Position numbers and translations under genes: made by a program
Origin: Eledone cirrhosa
Taxonomy: Eukaryota
Assembly: GCA_964016885.1 (NCBI GenBank)
Contig: OZ024742.1
Coordinates: 246,760,001 to 246,824,000 of the forward strand
Length of the DNA: 64,000 bases
Direction of reading: 5' to 3'
The notes under the pieces: model-generated
The model's database searches: none
What the model saw: the letters and a program-made list of their open reading frames with translations, nothing else
Told to the model about the DNA's origin: nothing
Shown here: positions 42,988-57,920 of the stretch, piece after piece
How the letters are laid out: each line of letters starts with the position of its first letter
How positions within the stretch are numbered: position 1 is the first letter of the stretch

Positions 42988-43562
42988 AATGATGATGAAG
43001 ACGATGATGATGATGAAGACGATGATGATAATGATGGTAACGATGATAACGGTGATAATGATCGTTATGATGTTAATGGTAATAATGGTGATGATGATGG
43101 TTGGTGATGATGATGATGATGGTCATGAGGATGATGGCGATGATTGTGGTGGTGGTGATGGCGATGATGATGATGATGCTGATGAAGATGCTGATGATGA
43201 TGATGATGCTGGTGATGATGCTGGTGATGATGCTGGTGATGATGGTGGTGGTGATGATGGTGGTGATGATGATGATGGTCGTGGTGATGACGATGGTGGT
43301 GATGATGATGGTGAGGATGGTGATGGTGATGGTGATGGTGATGGTGATAATGATGATGGTTATGATGATGATGGTGATGATGATGATGGTGAGGATGATA
43401 ATGGTGATGGTGATGATGGTGATGGTGAGAATGATGATGGTGATGCTGATGATGATGATAATGATGATGGTGGTACTGATGAGGGTGAGGATGAAGATGG
43501 TGATGATGATGATGATGGTGAGAATGATGATGGTGATGTTGCTGATGATGATGGTGATGATG

Positions 43563-43594
<32 letters not shown>

Positions 43595-43727
43595 GGTGAT
43601 GATGGCGATGATGATGGTGATGATGGTGATGATGGTGATGCTGACGATGATGATGGTGATGGTGATGATGATGATGGTGATGCTGATGATGATGTTGATG
43701 ATAATGGTGATGCTGATGATGATGATG
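42988..43727. repeat. (GAT)n/(GGT)n trinucleotide array
   Basis: Direct reading. Confidence 0.95.
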
Positions 43728-44071
43728 GCATTTATTTACTCGAAAAGCTGGTAGACAGCCCACATCAGGTGTGAATTGAAGTATTTTCGTCTTTTATTCA
43801 TAAAGAAGTCCAGTCAGTACAGTTTTGTGTGTAAAGTAATAAATAAGAGAGCTAGAGAGAGAGAGAGAGGGGGGGGGGGGGAGCGGGAGAGAGAGAGAGA
43901 GGGGGGGGATGAGGAGGAGGGGTTGAGACAGAGGTGATAGCTATTGAGCTAAAGATAGTTATAGAGAGTGGAGAGGTAATGAGTAGAGAGGTAATGAGAT
44001 AGTTATAGAGAGGTAATGAGTGGAGAGAGTATATATATATATATATATATACGTACATACATATATACGCA

Positions 44072-44118
<47 letters not shown>

Positions 44119-44194
44119 GTCATAACATGTATATATATAATATACACACTATGCATGTATATGTATGTATATATATGCGTATATATGTATGTAC

Positions 44195-44297
<103 letters not shown>

Positions 44298-44402
44298 AAA
44301 ATATATATATATATGTATATGTATATGTATATATATATGTATATATACACATATATATAGATGGAGAACACTCGCTATGGTGAACTAACTGTTGTGTTAC
44401 CA

Positions 44403-44443
<41 letters not shown>

Positions 44444-44741
44444 TTATACATACATACACATGTACATATTACATTTTAAACTAATTTGTGTTTTGTTAAA
44501 TTTCCTCCGTATGTTTTGAAATATCGAATTAGTTTAATTTATATAATAAATTAATAAAATGAAAATATATATTACTGCGTAGTTTGATGTGTAATTTCAC
44601 AATGTATTCTATATATTAAGGGAACTTATAAATGGTTGTTAGACAGAGCAGTCAAATCTTCCATAAACTATATCGTACCGTCTAAAACAAAAGTTCATTA
44701 GATAATGTAGTTCAGGGAATATTATTGTAGGCATAAGGGCC

Positions 44742-44955
44742 TTGGATTGGCAGTGTCAGTAGAGCATCGGATAAGATGGATAGCGATATATAGCCACGGC
44801 TCTTAATATTCTGAGTTCAAATACCACCGAGGTTAATTTTGCCTTTCTTTGATCCTTACGGGGTCGATAAAATAATGTACCAGTAAACAACTGGTTTGAT
44901 TTAATCAACATTCTCCTTTCCCTCAAATTGCTGGCGTTGTGACAAGTGTGGAAAC
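44742..44955 (+). mobile_element. SINE family A, diverged
   Basis: TTGGCAGTG...GAGTTCAAATACC...ATCCTTACGGGGTCGATAAAAT. Confidence 0.8.
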
Positions 44956-47138
44956 AAAGTTTGGGCATGTAACAACTATAAGACGTGAAGAATTTTGCTT
45001 CAATTCACGGGATTCAATATCACCGAGATATCTTAAGCAAGTGCTTTACCAAAGCTGTGCGTCGACTCAAGCCTTGTGAGTAAAATTGAGGGAACAGAAA
45101 CTGTAGGATGAACTGTACATGTAATTCAAAGGTCTAGCTTTATCATATAACTTGTCACGCTGATTAGGTTTGGGAATTGTTTTAAAGGCCACATGTGTTT
45201 GTTGATCACTCAACCACTGACATTTTCATTCATGAGCTGAACGTTTAGTCACTCGAAAAAACGAATCATCATCATCCGAATCAACGGAGGGTCTATCATT
45301 GCTGGAAAATAAAGAAAAATGGGCGGAATAGTCAAGGCTTGAACGCCATTGACCATAGGTTAACATTGAATTTCTACTTCTGCTTCTTTGCCCACTTATT
45401 CCTGAAAGGGTCCTGAGGGCAGAGTCCTCAAAGACACCTTTCTGTCAAAAGCAACCGTCCCTACAGATTCGGCTGGATCCCCAAGACAGACCAGCCAAAC
45501 TGATGGATGTTATCCAACCATATTGCTCAGGGTCTACCTCTGGGTCGCCTGCCGATTTGTTTTGCTCGTAAAATATTGATTTGATTTGGTCAAGCCGTTT
45601 GGAAATGCATAATGAAAAGGAAACAGACAGACAGAGAGCCAAAGAATTTTATATAGAGAGAGATAGTGTATGTGAGTCAGTGAAATACTGGTGGTGGTAC
45701 CAAAACGAGCACTCGTTACACAAGCATGGTGTATATATTAAGAAAACGATGAAGGTTCCTTCACATGTATTTATTTTTTTTATTGAGTATCGAACTTTTA
45801 CGCACGTATCGCAAAGGATTGGCTCAGGATCAATCATAGAAGTTATGGACCCGACTCCATTATCGATCTGCTCTTCAGACTGGTGATCCAACAAAAAAAA
45901 TAGTGTTTGTTGTGATTTGTGAGATGATGGATATATATACAAGCATCAGCCCTATTTTTTGTTGTATGAGAGCGTATGTGAGTGTTTGAGTGCATTAGTA
46001 GGGCTACTTTTGTGCGTATATATGCGCATATTTTCATGTGACCAGATTGAATGTCCTTTGTTGGATCAATAAATATAATTTTGTCAGTGATGGTGGCAGA
46101 GTGTTTTCGAATGCGTGGAGTTCAACCCCAAGAAAAGCAGGGCCACCGTTTGCGTGAAGAATCTGAGCGGTGGAAACCTAAAGAAATATAATTCGAATGA
46201 TCTGAAATAGAGAAAATTCCATTGAAGGGCATCGAAAGAACGTGGTGCTGGTGGTGTTGAGTAGAGCAGTGCCGTAGGTCTATCACTAAATGTTAGGACG
46301 AACAGGCAGCATTAGCCCCTGCCGCCATCCCTGCCAGAAATCTTACGATCACAACTGTCACACTTCATTACAACAATATACGGCTAGGCATATCATTTCA
46401 GATACATTTCATATATACAACGTAAAATATTTAATTTATTTATAAAAAGAAACCATACAGTAGTCATGTGATATCTAGATAATGTGATATCTAAATATTC
46501 ATATTGATATTCTTTTTGCTATAGAATAGCATATTGTTTGTTGGCTGATTCATATAAATAGATTATGTGGTAGAAATGCTATCGTCATTATGTATTTACA
46601 AATACAGGTACCGAACTATTCATCCGGTTTTCAGAAATAAAACAAAATAAAATAAAAACAAATACTTTTGAATTTAGCGCGCTATCAAACAACATCAATA
46701 TAAAAAAAACTCTAGGGTTCGGAGTGTGGATGATGAACACGTTTTACTTCTTACTTGTATCTGCTAAACGCAATTAGGTTTCTTTACATTTCTTTGTTTA
46801 ATCCTGTGTTAAAATTAGCGAAACTATTCTATAGCTAAACAAACATTGTGTATACGTAGCCGATCTCTCGGATTCTTAAAGCATTGACAAATAAAAGTAA
46901 TATAAAGAATGCACGGAGATGGTATAAAATTGATTATAAAATAAGATGATGACCCTCAAAAGATGAAAAAAGAAGTTGCCATCAACTGCTATGAGGAATG
47001 GAATGCCATATTTCCCACATAGCAATATTAAAGAATATCCTATGACCGAGACATAAACTTAATAATTTACAGATGCAACTATATTTTTATATATCAAATA
47101 TTTACTTTACCGAAGGTTTTGAAGATGTAGCAAATTAC

Positions 47139-47140
<2 letters not shown>

Positions 47141-47209
<69 letters not shown>

Positions 47210-47224
47210 CTCCCTCTCCCCCTC

Positions 47225-47293
<69 letters not shown>

Positions 47294-47300
47294 TTATCTC
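47141..47300. repeat. (CT)n(TATC)n microsatellite
   Basis: Direct reading. Confidence 0.95.
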
Positions 47301-47519
47301 CTATCTATTTATCTCATTTCCTCTTAATTAGGACGTTTCAGACAATAACCTTCTTCGGAAAAGGACAGAAGAGTGGAAGAAAAAACGGAAAGCTAAAAAG
47401 GGACGAGGAGAAAACGTTGACGGAAATCAACACGTGTGGACAGTCATATTACATAGAATACACACATACATACACAAACACACACACATACTCACACATA
47501 CACACACATGCACTAACAC

Positions 47520-47593
<74 letters not shown>

Positions 47594-47596
<3 letters not shown>

Positions 47597-49340
47597 GTCG
47601 TAGACTAATGTTCTATTTAGGAAACCGAATGATTCTCGGCTTCAGAGTTAAGAATAATGTAAATAAATTAGAGGAACGAAAACGACAGAGGTAACTAAAA
47701 TCAATAATAATTAAATATATACATACACGCATCTATATACGTACATATACGTGCATACGCGAAAACACCCGCCATGCATGCACGTACACGTAAACACGCG
47801 CATACATACATAAAACCGCGCGACACATGTACCCGCACACATACGAACATATACACCAAATACACATAAACAAATATATATGTGCGTATGCGTGTGTATA
47901 CATATAATTATATAAACGTATATAAAATACACACAAATACGTATATAACGCACGGACACACATACCTCCAAGTAAATACACATATGCTCACCAAACGTAC
48001 GTCTTTCAAAACACAATGTACACATATACACACCTTACATACGTGCAAACACTCGTATACGCGTACACACACAAACACAAAATACACATATAGACATCAG
48101 GGGCTAAGGGTGCGTGCATGCAACGCATGCAGTGCATGCGTTATAGAATCTTGAGTTGATCAATTGCGTCGGTTTAAGCAAGCAGAATTTTGGCTGCTTA
48201 CTAAATCGTAGACACATAAAATGATAACACACACATACACACAAACACGCGACAGCGTCGGTTGAAGCAAGCCAAATTTTGATTGCTTACTAAATCGTAA
48301 ACACATAAAAAGATAACACACACACACACATACACACAAACACACGACAGTGTCGGTTGAAGCTAGCAGAATTTTGGCTGCTTACTAAATCGTAGGCACA
48401 TAAAAAGATAACACACACACACACACACGCTAGATAACACTACATGCGTCTTTGACCGGGAAGGGTCATTTAGAGGGAATTGGGGGGGGGGTAAGGATGC
48501 ACAGCCCCACTTTCCACCATGGCGATTGGACTGCATGCCCTGCTTTCCAGGTTACCTTTCGCCACAGCTGTATATATTATATCATATATACTGGTATATA
48601 TGTATTACACATATACCAGTGTATATAATATAATATATACACCTATAACAAATACAAGCATATATGCGTACGAGAAAGTATACGTACCTTCACAACACAT
48701 ACGGGTAAGGTATACTTACCTATACAAATAAGTAATGGTATACACATAAAATATACTTAGCTACCACATCAAAACGTAAATTATCCGCGTATTGTTCGTT
48801 CTATCCGTTAGGGTATAATGTGGGGCTGTAATACAGGAAAGCTATATGCAATTTGTGTTTACAAGCCGAAATTGCCTCAGATTTTTTCTTTAAGATGTGA
48901 TCATCGGCGTAGAGTATTTCCAGGGCTTCAGCGGCTCAAAGATCGCATGGTCTTTTATTTCCGTTATAAGATCTAGTCTCAGATAGGATCACCCAGTGTA
49001 AACTATATTGGGTGTGGTTCTCTTTTAGACTCCAGCTATAAGCTGAAAGTGACGTCATATTCCTTCTTAAAGGGTTAAGAAAAGAATGAGTGTGCATGTA
49101 AAGACGCTGTTTGAATCTATTGGCGGTTAGCCCTATGTAGGCCCTACAGGATGTGGGTGTTTCGACCTTACATCTGTAGACAATGTTACTGGAGAGGCAT
49201 TTCCCGGATAGAGGGCAGTCAACCCGATTCCTACAATTACAGTTAGTACTAGCTACAGGGTTGCACGTATTCCTACGGCTAGGTAAATTAGCTAAATTTG
49301 AAGCAGTGATGTTATGTGCAAGGTTAGAAGTCATAGAGTA

Positions 49341-49343
<3 letters not shown>
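47594..49343 (-). mobile_element. PLE copy A: 5'-truncated, GIY-YIG domain plus 3' UTR
   Basis: CNCRNRVDCPLSGKC, IVYRC..YIG, FKQRLYMHTHSF; colinear with 49903-51040; bounded by (TA)n. Confidence 0.85.
48166..48430. repeat. Three tandem ~90-bp units
   Basis: GTCGGTT.AAGC...TGCTTACTAAATCGTA.ACACATAAAA at ~48168, 48257, 48351. Confidence 0.85.
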
Positions 49344-49410
<67 letters not shown>

Positions 49411-49414
<4 letters not shown>

Positions 49415-51728
49415 ATATTAATAAAATTGAAGACTAAAATCCAAAGAGGGCTCGATAAGGAAAATATATATCAAATATATAAGAACCGTAAAGCAAATAT
49501 TTATTAAAATAACAGATTAAAGTTTAAGCAAAGAATCGCTGCTTTCACCCTTCACGGGATCTTCTGAAATTAACAAAGTCAATCTGTAAACGCAGAACTG
49601 GATATTTAAAAAAACGTTGCAACCGGAGGAAGACAGGAAGACGATACTTTGGTTCGTGGAAACGTTCGCTGGCAAAGAACGGGAAAAAACGAATAATACG
49701 TCATTAATAAGAGCGGTGAAAAACAATTACGCGCAAAGACAGAACCACGTTTAAGGTATAAAGGAGGTCGTAGACTAATGTTCTCTTAGGTGGTGCATAG
49801 AGACGTTCTCTGGCAATGAACGAAAAAACGAAGATAGTAAGTCATATGTGGAGCGTGGAGAACAATAGAACGCAAAGACAAAACCACGTAAATGGTATAG
49901 CAGAAGTCGTAGACTAAAATTGTAACTAGGAGACCAAATGAATCTCCGCTACAGAGTTAAGAACAAAGTAAATAAATACAATACAGAAGTAATAGAAACA
50001 AATAAATACATACACGCAAACAGATACGTACATACACAAGCATACGCAAAACCTTACCAAGGTATACAAAACCACGCACATATAAATATGTGTGTGTGTG
50101 TATGCTTGTGTACAAATAAATAAATAATTATATAAACGTATATAAGTAAATAAATACGTATATAACAAGCGCACACACACACCTACATATAAATACACGA
50201 ATGTTCGGAGACGTAAGTCAACTAAAACAAGAAGTACACATATACACACACCCACCATACGTACGAACCTGCATACTCACGTAGACGCAAAACTCCCGTA
50301 TACACATAGCCAAACCCTAAATACCAGAATATGTAAAAATTATACGCTATAACAGTCAAATATACGTACGAGAAGGTATACTTACCTTCACAAAACATAC
50401 GGGTAATATATACTTACCTATGCAAATAAGTAAAGGAATAAACAAAACATATACTTAGCTCCCACATCGAGACGTAAAATATCCACGTATAGATCGTGCT
50501 ATCCGTTAGGGTATAACGTGGGGCTGTAATACAGGAAAGTTTTGTGCAATTTATGTTTACAAGCCGAAATTGCCTCAGATTTTTTGTTTAAGATGTGGTC
50601 TGTGGCGTAGAGTATTTCCAGGGCCTCAGCGGCGCAGAGGTCACATGGTCTTTTATTTCCGTTATACGATCTAGCCCTAGCTAGGATCTCCCAGTGTAAC
50701 TTATATTGGGTGTGGTTGTCTTTTAGACTCCAGATATAAGCTGAAAGTGACGTCATATTCCTTCTTAGAGGGTAACGAAAAGAATGGGTATGCATGTAAA
50801 GACGCTGCTTGAAACTATTGGCGGATAACCCTATGTAGGCCCTACGGGACGTGGGTGTTACAACCTTACATTTGTAGACAATGTTACTAGAGAGGTATTT
50901 CCCGGATAGGGGCAATCAGCCCGATTCCTACAATTACAGTTAGTACTAACTACAGGGTTGCACGTGTTCCTACAGCTAGGTAGTTTGGCTAAATTTGAAG
51001 CTGTGATGTTATGTGCAAGGTTAGGAGTCGTAGAGTAAGAAATTTTAATAGTATTTCTATTAAAAATTTTACTATATTTATGTGTAGAGGGAAAATGCTT
51101 CGTAATAAGGGAAAGAAAGATATTAGCTAATGGTGTGGCCACCTCCATATTATATGGTGGGTTAAACCAACAAATGCGACGGGATCTATTTCTTCTAGGT
51201 CTATTTTCGTATTCTGTATATGCTACCTTATCGACAAATCCACTTCGAGCAAGAGCTTCATTGTAATAAGTGGAATGGTCGTTGAAAATGCGCTCGTTGG
51301 TGGAAAGACGGGGAAGCCTCAACGAAACGTTTATTACCAGGTTCTTGGTTATGCTGGCAGGATGGTTGGAATGCTTACTTATGTATCTACGCTCCACATA
51401 TGACTTATTATCTTCGTTTTTTCGTTCATTGCCAGAGAACGTCTCTATGCACCACCTAAGAGAACATTAGTCTACGACCTCCTTTATACCATAAACGTGG
51501 TTCTGTCTTTGCGCGTAATTGTTTTTCACCGCTCCTATTAATTATTCGTTTTTTCCCGTTCTTTGCCAGCGAACGTTTCCACGAACCAAAGTATCGTCTT
51601 CCTGTCTTCCTCCGGTTGCAACGTTTTTTTAAATATCCAGTTCTGCGTTTACAGATTGACTTTGTTAGTTTCAGAAGATCCCGTTAAGGGTGAAAGCAGC
51701 GATTCTTTGCTTAAACTTTAATCTGTTA

Positions 51729-51736
<8 letters not shown>
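49411..51736 (-). mobile_element. PLE copy B: 5'-truncated RT thumb plus GIY-YIG, 3' pLTR and inverted 5' pLTR, inserted in (TA)n
   Basis: ORFs 50858-51397 and 50499-50915 (frameshifted; SNHP, WFNPPY, KISYS, CNC, IVY..YIG, CDLC); 51389-51736 is the reverse complement of 49502-49856; (TA)n on both sides. Confidence 0.92.
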
Positions 51737-51803
<67 letters not shown>

Positions 51804-52209
51804 TTATATATATATAATCATGTGACTATATAAGTGTCAATGTCGTCAGAATGTCTGGGTTTATGACGTCAATCAACATCACCTTCTATTTTGACTTTAT
51901 TAATTATATTCGGCACCTTCACACATGCACTACTAATTTACACCACCACCCTCACACCTCCACAATCCCACTTTCCCTCTTTCTACACATTCTCAACCCT
52001 CTTTGTCTTATACGCCCCCCCCCCCTTCTTGTCCCCCACCCGCTCAATCTGCCTCTCTCATTATTACACCCTCTCTCTATCCCCACTTCTCTACCAGTCA
52101 CCCTCCTTTCTCTATTAACCACTGTTGCATATTTCAATATTTTTGTCTACCATTTATTTCTCTTTGCTGTTCACATTTTACTGTTATTTAGATTTTTTAT
52201 TGAGGCTTT

Positions 52210-52472
52210 CATTGTTATTGTTGTTGTTATTGTTGCTTTTCTATTGTCGCTTTTGTTACTGTTGTTGTTGTTGTTATTATTATTGTTGCTGTTATTGTTA
52301 TTGTTATTGATGCTGTTGTGGTTTTGTTATTCCCACTGTTGTTGCTGTTATTGTTATTATTGTCATTGTTGTTATTATTGTTGTTGTTGCTTTTGTTATT
52401 TCCGTTGTTATTGTTATTGATGCTGTTACTGATGTTGCTTTTGCTATTGTAGTTATTATTGCTGTAATTGTT

Positions 52473-52532
<60 letters not shown>

Positions 52533-52640
52533 ATTGTAGTTGTTATTAATGTTGTTATTGTTGTTATTGTAGTTTTTATTGTTGCTGCACCGCTGATCCC
52601 ACCGCCACTACGCCCGCCACTGCCGCCGCCGCCGCCGCCA
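52210..52640. repeat. (TTG)n/(TTA)n then (CCG)n trinucleotide tract
   Basis: Direct reading. Confidence 0.9.
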
Positions 52641-52729
52641 TCATCGCCATCATCACCGTAATTGCTGCCGTCTCCTAAACATTCTGCATTAAAATGGCCA
52701 ATTTATTGAGTTAAAGACAAACCAAGAAA

Positions 52730-53139
52730 CAACAACAGCAACAACAACAATAACAACAAATGTAGTAAACAACAACAACAACAACAACAAACAGCTATGA
52801 TTATTCTACGTTGGCAAAACAACACAAGCCATAAATATATTAATAATCAGCGATACAATGATGATGATAATGATGATGATGTTGTTCATGATGATGATGA
52901 TGAAAATATTAATGATAATAATAATAATATAAATAGTCATAATTTCGTTAGCTCTATTATCAACACCTCCCCATATCCTCACCATCATCCTCTGTTCTAT
53001 CTTATCATCATCATCATCAACATTATTGTATTTCCACTATCATCTTTAATTATAATCACCATCATTGCCATTACAAAATCCTTTCCACCTCCTCGTTGTC
53101 TCCATCATCATCATCATCATCATCGTCATCATCATCATC

Positions 53140-53191
<52 letters not shown>

Positions 53192-53803
53192 ACATCATCA
53201 TCTTCAACATCATCACAATTATGATTAACATCATCGCCATCATCACAACCGTGCGCCCTATCACACGTATCCCATCATCATCACTACTATCACCATCCGC
53301 AGCAGCACCACCACCACCACCACCATCAACACCACCACCACTTCCACCATACATACAACAGCTGCAACACCACCCCCAACAACAACAATAACAACAACAA
53401 CAACAGTAATAGGTACTACCATCACCTCCAGCAACAACATCACCACTACCTACACCAGCACCAACATCAATCCCATCACCAACAATAACAATACAACCGC
53501 TACACCACCACCACCACCACCACCGCCACCGCCACCACCAGCACCACCACCACCACACCACCACCGCCACACCACCACCGCCACCACCACCACCACAACA
53601 ACAGCATCAACAACATCGATACCTACATCTGCAACAACACAGACACCCCTCATACCAACAACAGCAACTCCAATTCCAACACATCTATCCACAACAACAA
53701 CCATGACAACACCCCCAGTAACACAATCAACTATAACAGCAACACTAACCACAACTACATCACAACCACCTCAACAACCATCGACACTACCACCACCATC
53801 ACC

Positions 53804-53835
<32 letters not shown>

Positions 53836-54502
53836 CAGCAACAACAACACCACCACTACCATTGACACTAGCACCACCACCACCACCACCACCACCACAA
53901 ACAACAACAACAACAGCAACAACAACACCACCACTACCATCGACACTACCACCACCAACAACAACAACACCACCACCACCAACAACAACAACAGCAACAA
54001 CAACACCACCACAACCATCGACACTAGCACCACCACCACCACCACCACCAACAACAACACCACCACCACCAACAACAACACCACCACCAACAACAACAGC
54101 AACAACAACACCACCACTACCATCGACACTAGCACCACCACCAACAACAACAACAACACCACCACCACTAACAACAACATCACCACCACCACCACCAACA
54201 CCAACAGCAACAACAACACCACCACAACCATCGACACTAGCACCACCACCACCACCAACAACAACAACACCACCACAACCAACAACAACACCACCACAAC
54301 CATCGACACTAGCACCACCACCAACAACAACAACAACACCACCACCACCAACAACAACACCACCACCAACAACAACAGCAACAACATCACCACCACTACC
54401 ATCGACACTAGCAGCAGCAGCACCACCACCACCACCAACAACAACACCACCACAACCAACAACAACACCACCACAACCATCGACACTAGCACCACCACCA
54501 CC

Positions 54503-54534
<32 letters not shown>

Positions 54535-54592
54535 CAACAGCAACACCACAACCATCGACACTAGCACCACCACCACCACCACCACCACCACC

Positions 54593-54638
<46 letters not shown>

Positions 54639-54800
54639 GCAACACCACAACCATCGACACTAGCACCACCACCACCACCACCACCAACAACAACAAAAAC
54701 ACCACCACAACCATCGACACTAGCACCATCACCACCACCACCACCATCACCAACCACCACCACCAACAACAACAACACCATCACAACCATCGACACTAGC

Positions 54801-54832
<32 letters not shown>

Positions 54833-55029
54833 CAATAACAGCAACAACACTACTACCATAGACACTAGCACCACCACCACTACCACCACCCACCCACAAC
54901 AACACCACCACTACCATCGACAACAACACCACCACCACAACCATCGACAACACCATCACCATAACCATCGACAACACGACCACCACCATAATCATCGACA
55001 ACAACACCACATCCACAACCACCACCACC

Positions 55030-55061
<32 letters not shown>

Positions 55062-55290
55062 CATCTACTACAACAATAATGAGGCTAATATCAAAACAAC
55101 TTGTGATGTTATCTGTCTTTAAGTTGGAAATATTTTCGCTGTCTTTTGACCTCTGTTTCATTAACGGAGAGAACAGCAACAACAGTATCAACATCAATAT
55201 CATCAACAACGACAATACCGCCAACAACAGCAACATCAAAAACGTCAACATCAACAAACATAAACATCAAGATCATCATCAACATCATCA
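52730..55290. repeat. (CAT)/(CAC)/(CAA) low-complexity region containing a CCATCGACACTAG-anchored minisatellite (~53760-55010)
   Basis: Direct reading. Confidence 0.9.
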
Positions 55291-55343
55291 ATATACGTAT
55301 ATATATATATATATTAGTTTTGCGAGGTTTTTGATATAAAATC

Positions 55344-55690
55344 GTGTGTCGAAACAAATATTGTTATACTTGGGCAGGGTCGACTTTTAAACTGAGATGT
55401 TCCAATCATAAACATTCCTTTTCTAATCCGGAAAAAAGATTTTCTACTTCATTATCACAAGTAATATGGTCTTTAAAAGAGAAAAATATAAAATACTCAA
55501 ACTCTTGGATTAAACTTCGAAACTGCGAAGCATATCGGAACAATTCCATCTAACCTAACTGCAATCTTTGCAATCTAGAGACTCTTTTAATAATTGCTAA
55601 TTATGGTAATTTAATTAATAAAAAAAAGTGAGTTATTTTCAAATTGCCTCCATAAATCTGCAAGAACATTTCAAGCATCATATAAATTTA
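55344..55690 (+). pseudogene. PLE GIY-YIG fragment (distinct subfamily)
   Basis: TFKLRCSNHKHSF...TSLSQVIWSLKE...*PNCNLC...LINKK..LFSNCLHK. Confidence 0.75.
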
Positions 55691-56290
55691 GGAAAAAACA
55701 TTGACTTAGTGAGAAAAGATATTGACTCTTATTAATAATTCTTGTAATGCTAATATTATGATTATTATTGTTATTATTGGTATTATGTATAATGTTCTAC
55801 CTCACCTTAGGAAATGCATATCGGTTCTTTTATAGAGTATGTTAATCTCTTGATTGGTTAAATACCTTTAGTTTGATTTTGAATCCTCTTTTTAAGTCTT
55901 GAATTTTCTAGATTTGAGATCTGTAATATCTTCAAGCTTTCAAACCTTTTAGTTAATTTAAACGTTTAGATACGTCGTACGAAGCTTTTGTTTACATTTA
56001 TCGTGTATAATTTTCGTCTTATCCAAATTGATTAATAATCTGTATTTAACTTGATCTATAGTATTGAATACAGTAAGATTTAGTTGAATCGAAATAATAA
56101 TACTCTCAAGAGTAAATATAACTAATAATTAATCCTATATTTAATTGACAAATATTGATTTAAATAGTATTGTTTATAATATTTATATTTCTAAACATTA
56201 TATAAAATGCATATACAAATGCTAATATCCAAGTAAGTTAAGTTAAATACACTCATACTTATTTACTATATTTGTAAGCATCATTTAGTT

Positions 56291-56481
56291 AATAATTGTT
56301 TCTACTTTTGGCACAAGGCCAGCAATTATCCAGTGCATTACTGGTACTTTATTTTATCAACCCCGTAAGGATGAAAGGCAAAGTCAACCTCGGCGGGATT
56401 TGAACTCAGATCGTAAAGGGACGTAACTATGCTCGAAAGCATGGGGTCCGACCCTCCACCGATACTGCCAATCCACCGCCC
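56291..56481 (-). mobile_element. SINE family A, full length
   Basis: Head AGGGCGGTGGATTGGCAG to tail; TTTAGTTAATAAT on both sides resembles a target-site duplication. Confidence 0.92.
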
Positions 56482-57049
56482 TTTAGTTAATAATGTTTCT
56501 AACTTTGAATTTTATAACTAAATTATTGAATGTATTTATTAATTTAACTATGCTCCAGATTGTCATTGAAAATATTTTATATTATTTTATATTATAGTAT
56601 ATTGTTTAATTTTGATATAATATAATAGTATAATTTCTATCAAATACAATAGATTAAAAATTTCACGGCATTTAATTGATCGCTTCTACCTAACTTAATA
56701 TTTGAAAAAGAAAAACGGTCGCGCATCATCTTTCTTTTCCTTATGCAGTTATATATTCTACCATCTCTATCTCCCTCTCTTTGTTTTTATCTTCATCTCC
56801 TTATCTTTTCCCTTTCTCTTCTATTTAGCTCTCTCTCATTTTTTTCTTCTTCTACAATATGGATATTTATATATTTAAATATTTAAATATTTAACATTTA
56901 TGTACATATGTGTTTATGTATTTATTTATTTTTTTCTAAACTTTCTCCTACTCACCCTCTCTATTATATTTAGTTTGTCATGTTAGTACTTATGGTATAT
57001 ACATATTAAGTTTTATTATAATTAATCACTGGCAAAACTGGAATTGAAC

Positions 57050-57235
57050 CATCAGCACAGTACCTCCGAAATATATATAATAAAAAATATATTTTGATTT
57101 CGTGTATGTCTACATTTATTAATATTTTGAATTAATATTAATAACTCCAGAAAACTTTTCTTGTTAAGTGCTTCTAATCTATTGTAAAACTATATTCATT
57201 GAGTAATCAATGAACCTTGTTTAACTTTTAACTTT
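57050..57235 (+). mobile_element. Decayed single-arm relative of the 35440-35865 element
   Basis: CAGTACCTCCGAAATAT...TTAATATTTTGAATTAATATTAATAACTCC...CTATTGTAAAAC matches the reverse complement of 35445-35610. Confidence 0.7.
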
Positions 57236-57298
57236 TGGTTATATATATATATATCCATACATACACATACACATAAATACACAAACACACAGACACAC

Positions 57299-57371
<73 letters not shown>

Positions 57372-57920
57372 CACACACACATACACATATATATACACAC
57401 ACGTACATACATATATACACACACATACACACATATATACACGCATACATACACACACACAATTAATTATAAGAAAAAAAAAGAAAAAACAACGAATAAA
57501 CATATAATGCAATAAGCCGTCACATAAAAATAAAAAATATACGACTTAAGAAAATAAAAATTATCATAAAGCGGACAGCGATATAGGAAAGGACACACAT
57601 AAATAAACAAACACACGTGGTAAGCAATACACACATCTACACATACTCATACATATATATACATATATACATACACACACACATATACACACACATATAC
57701 ATATACATATATGTATATATATATATATATAAAATATAAAAAAAAAATGAATAAACAAAGAAACAGTTCCTTATATTAAAAAAAATTCATTATTTTACGA
57801 TCGTTTCTAGGATATATATGTGTTAGAGTTGGTATGCATATTCTATAGGTCTATGTACAATATTTATACAAACTATCAGAGGGAATATACATACCTTCAC
57901 ATATATATGCTGTCTTAAGA

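Noticed and set aside
42773-43774. 333-aa acidic protein
   Set aside because: Starts inside a SINE and continues through (GAT)n
45680-46350. Complex unique-looking sequence, possibly exon or transposase remnant
   Set aside because: No motif I can recognise; needs BLASTX
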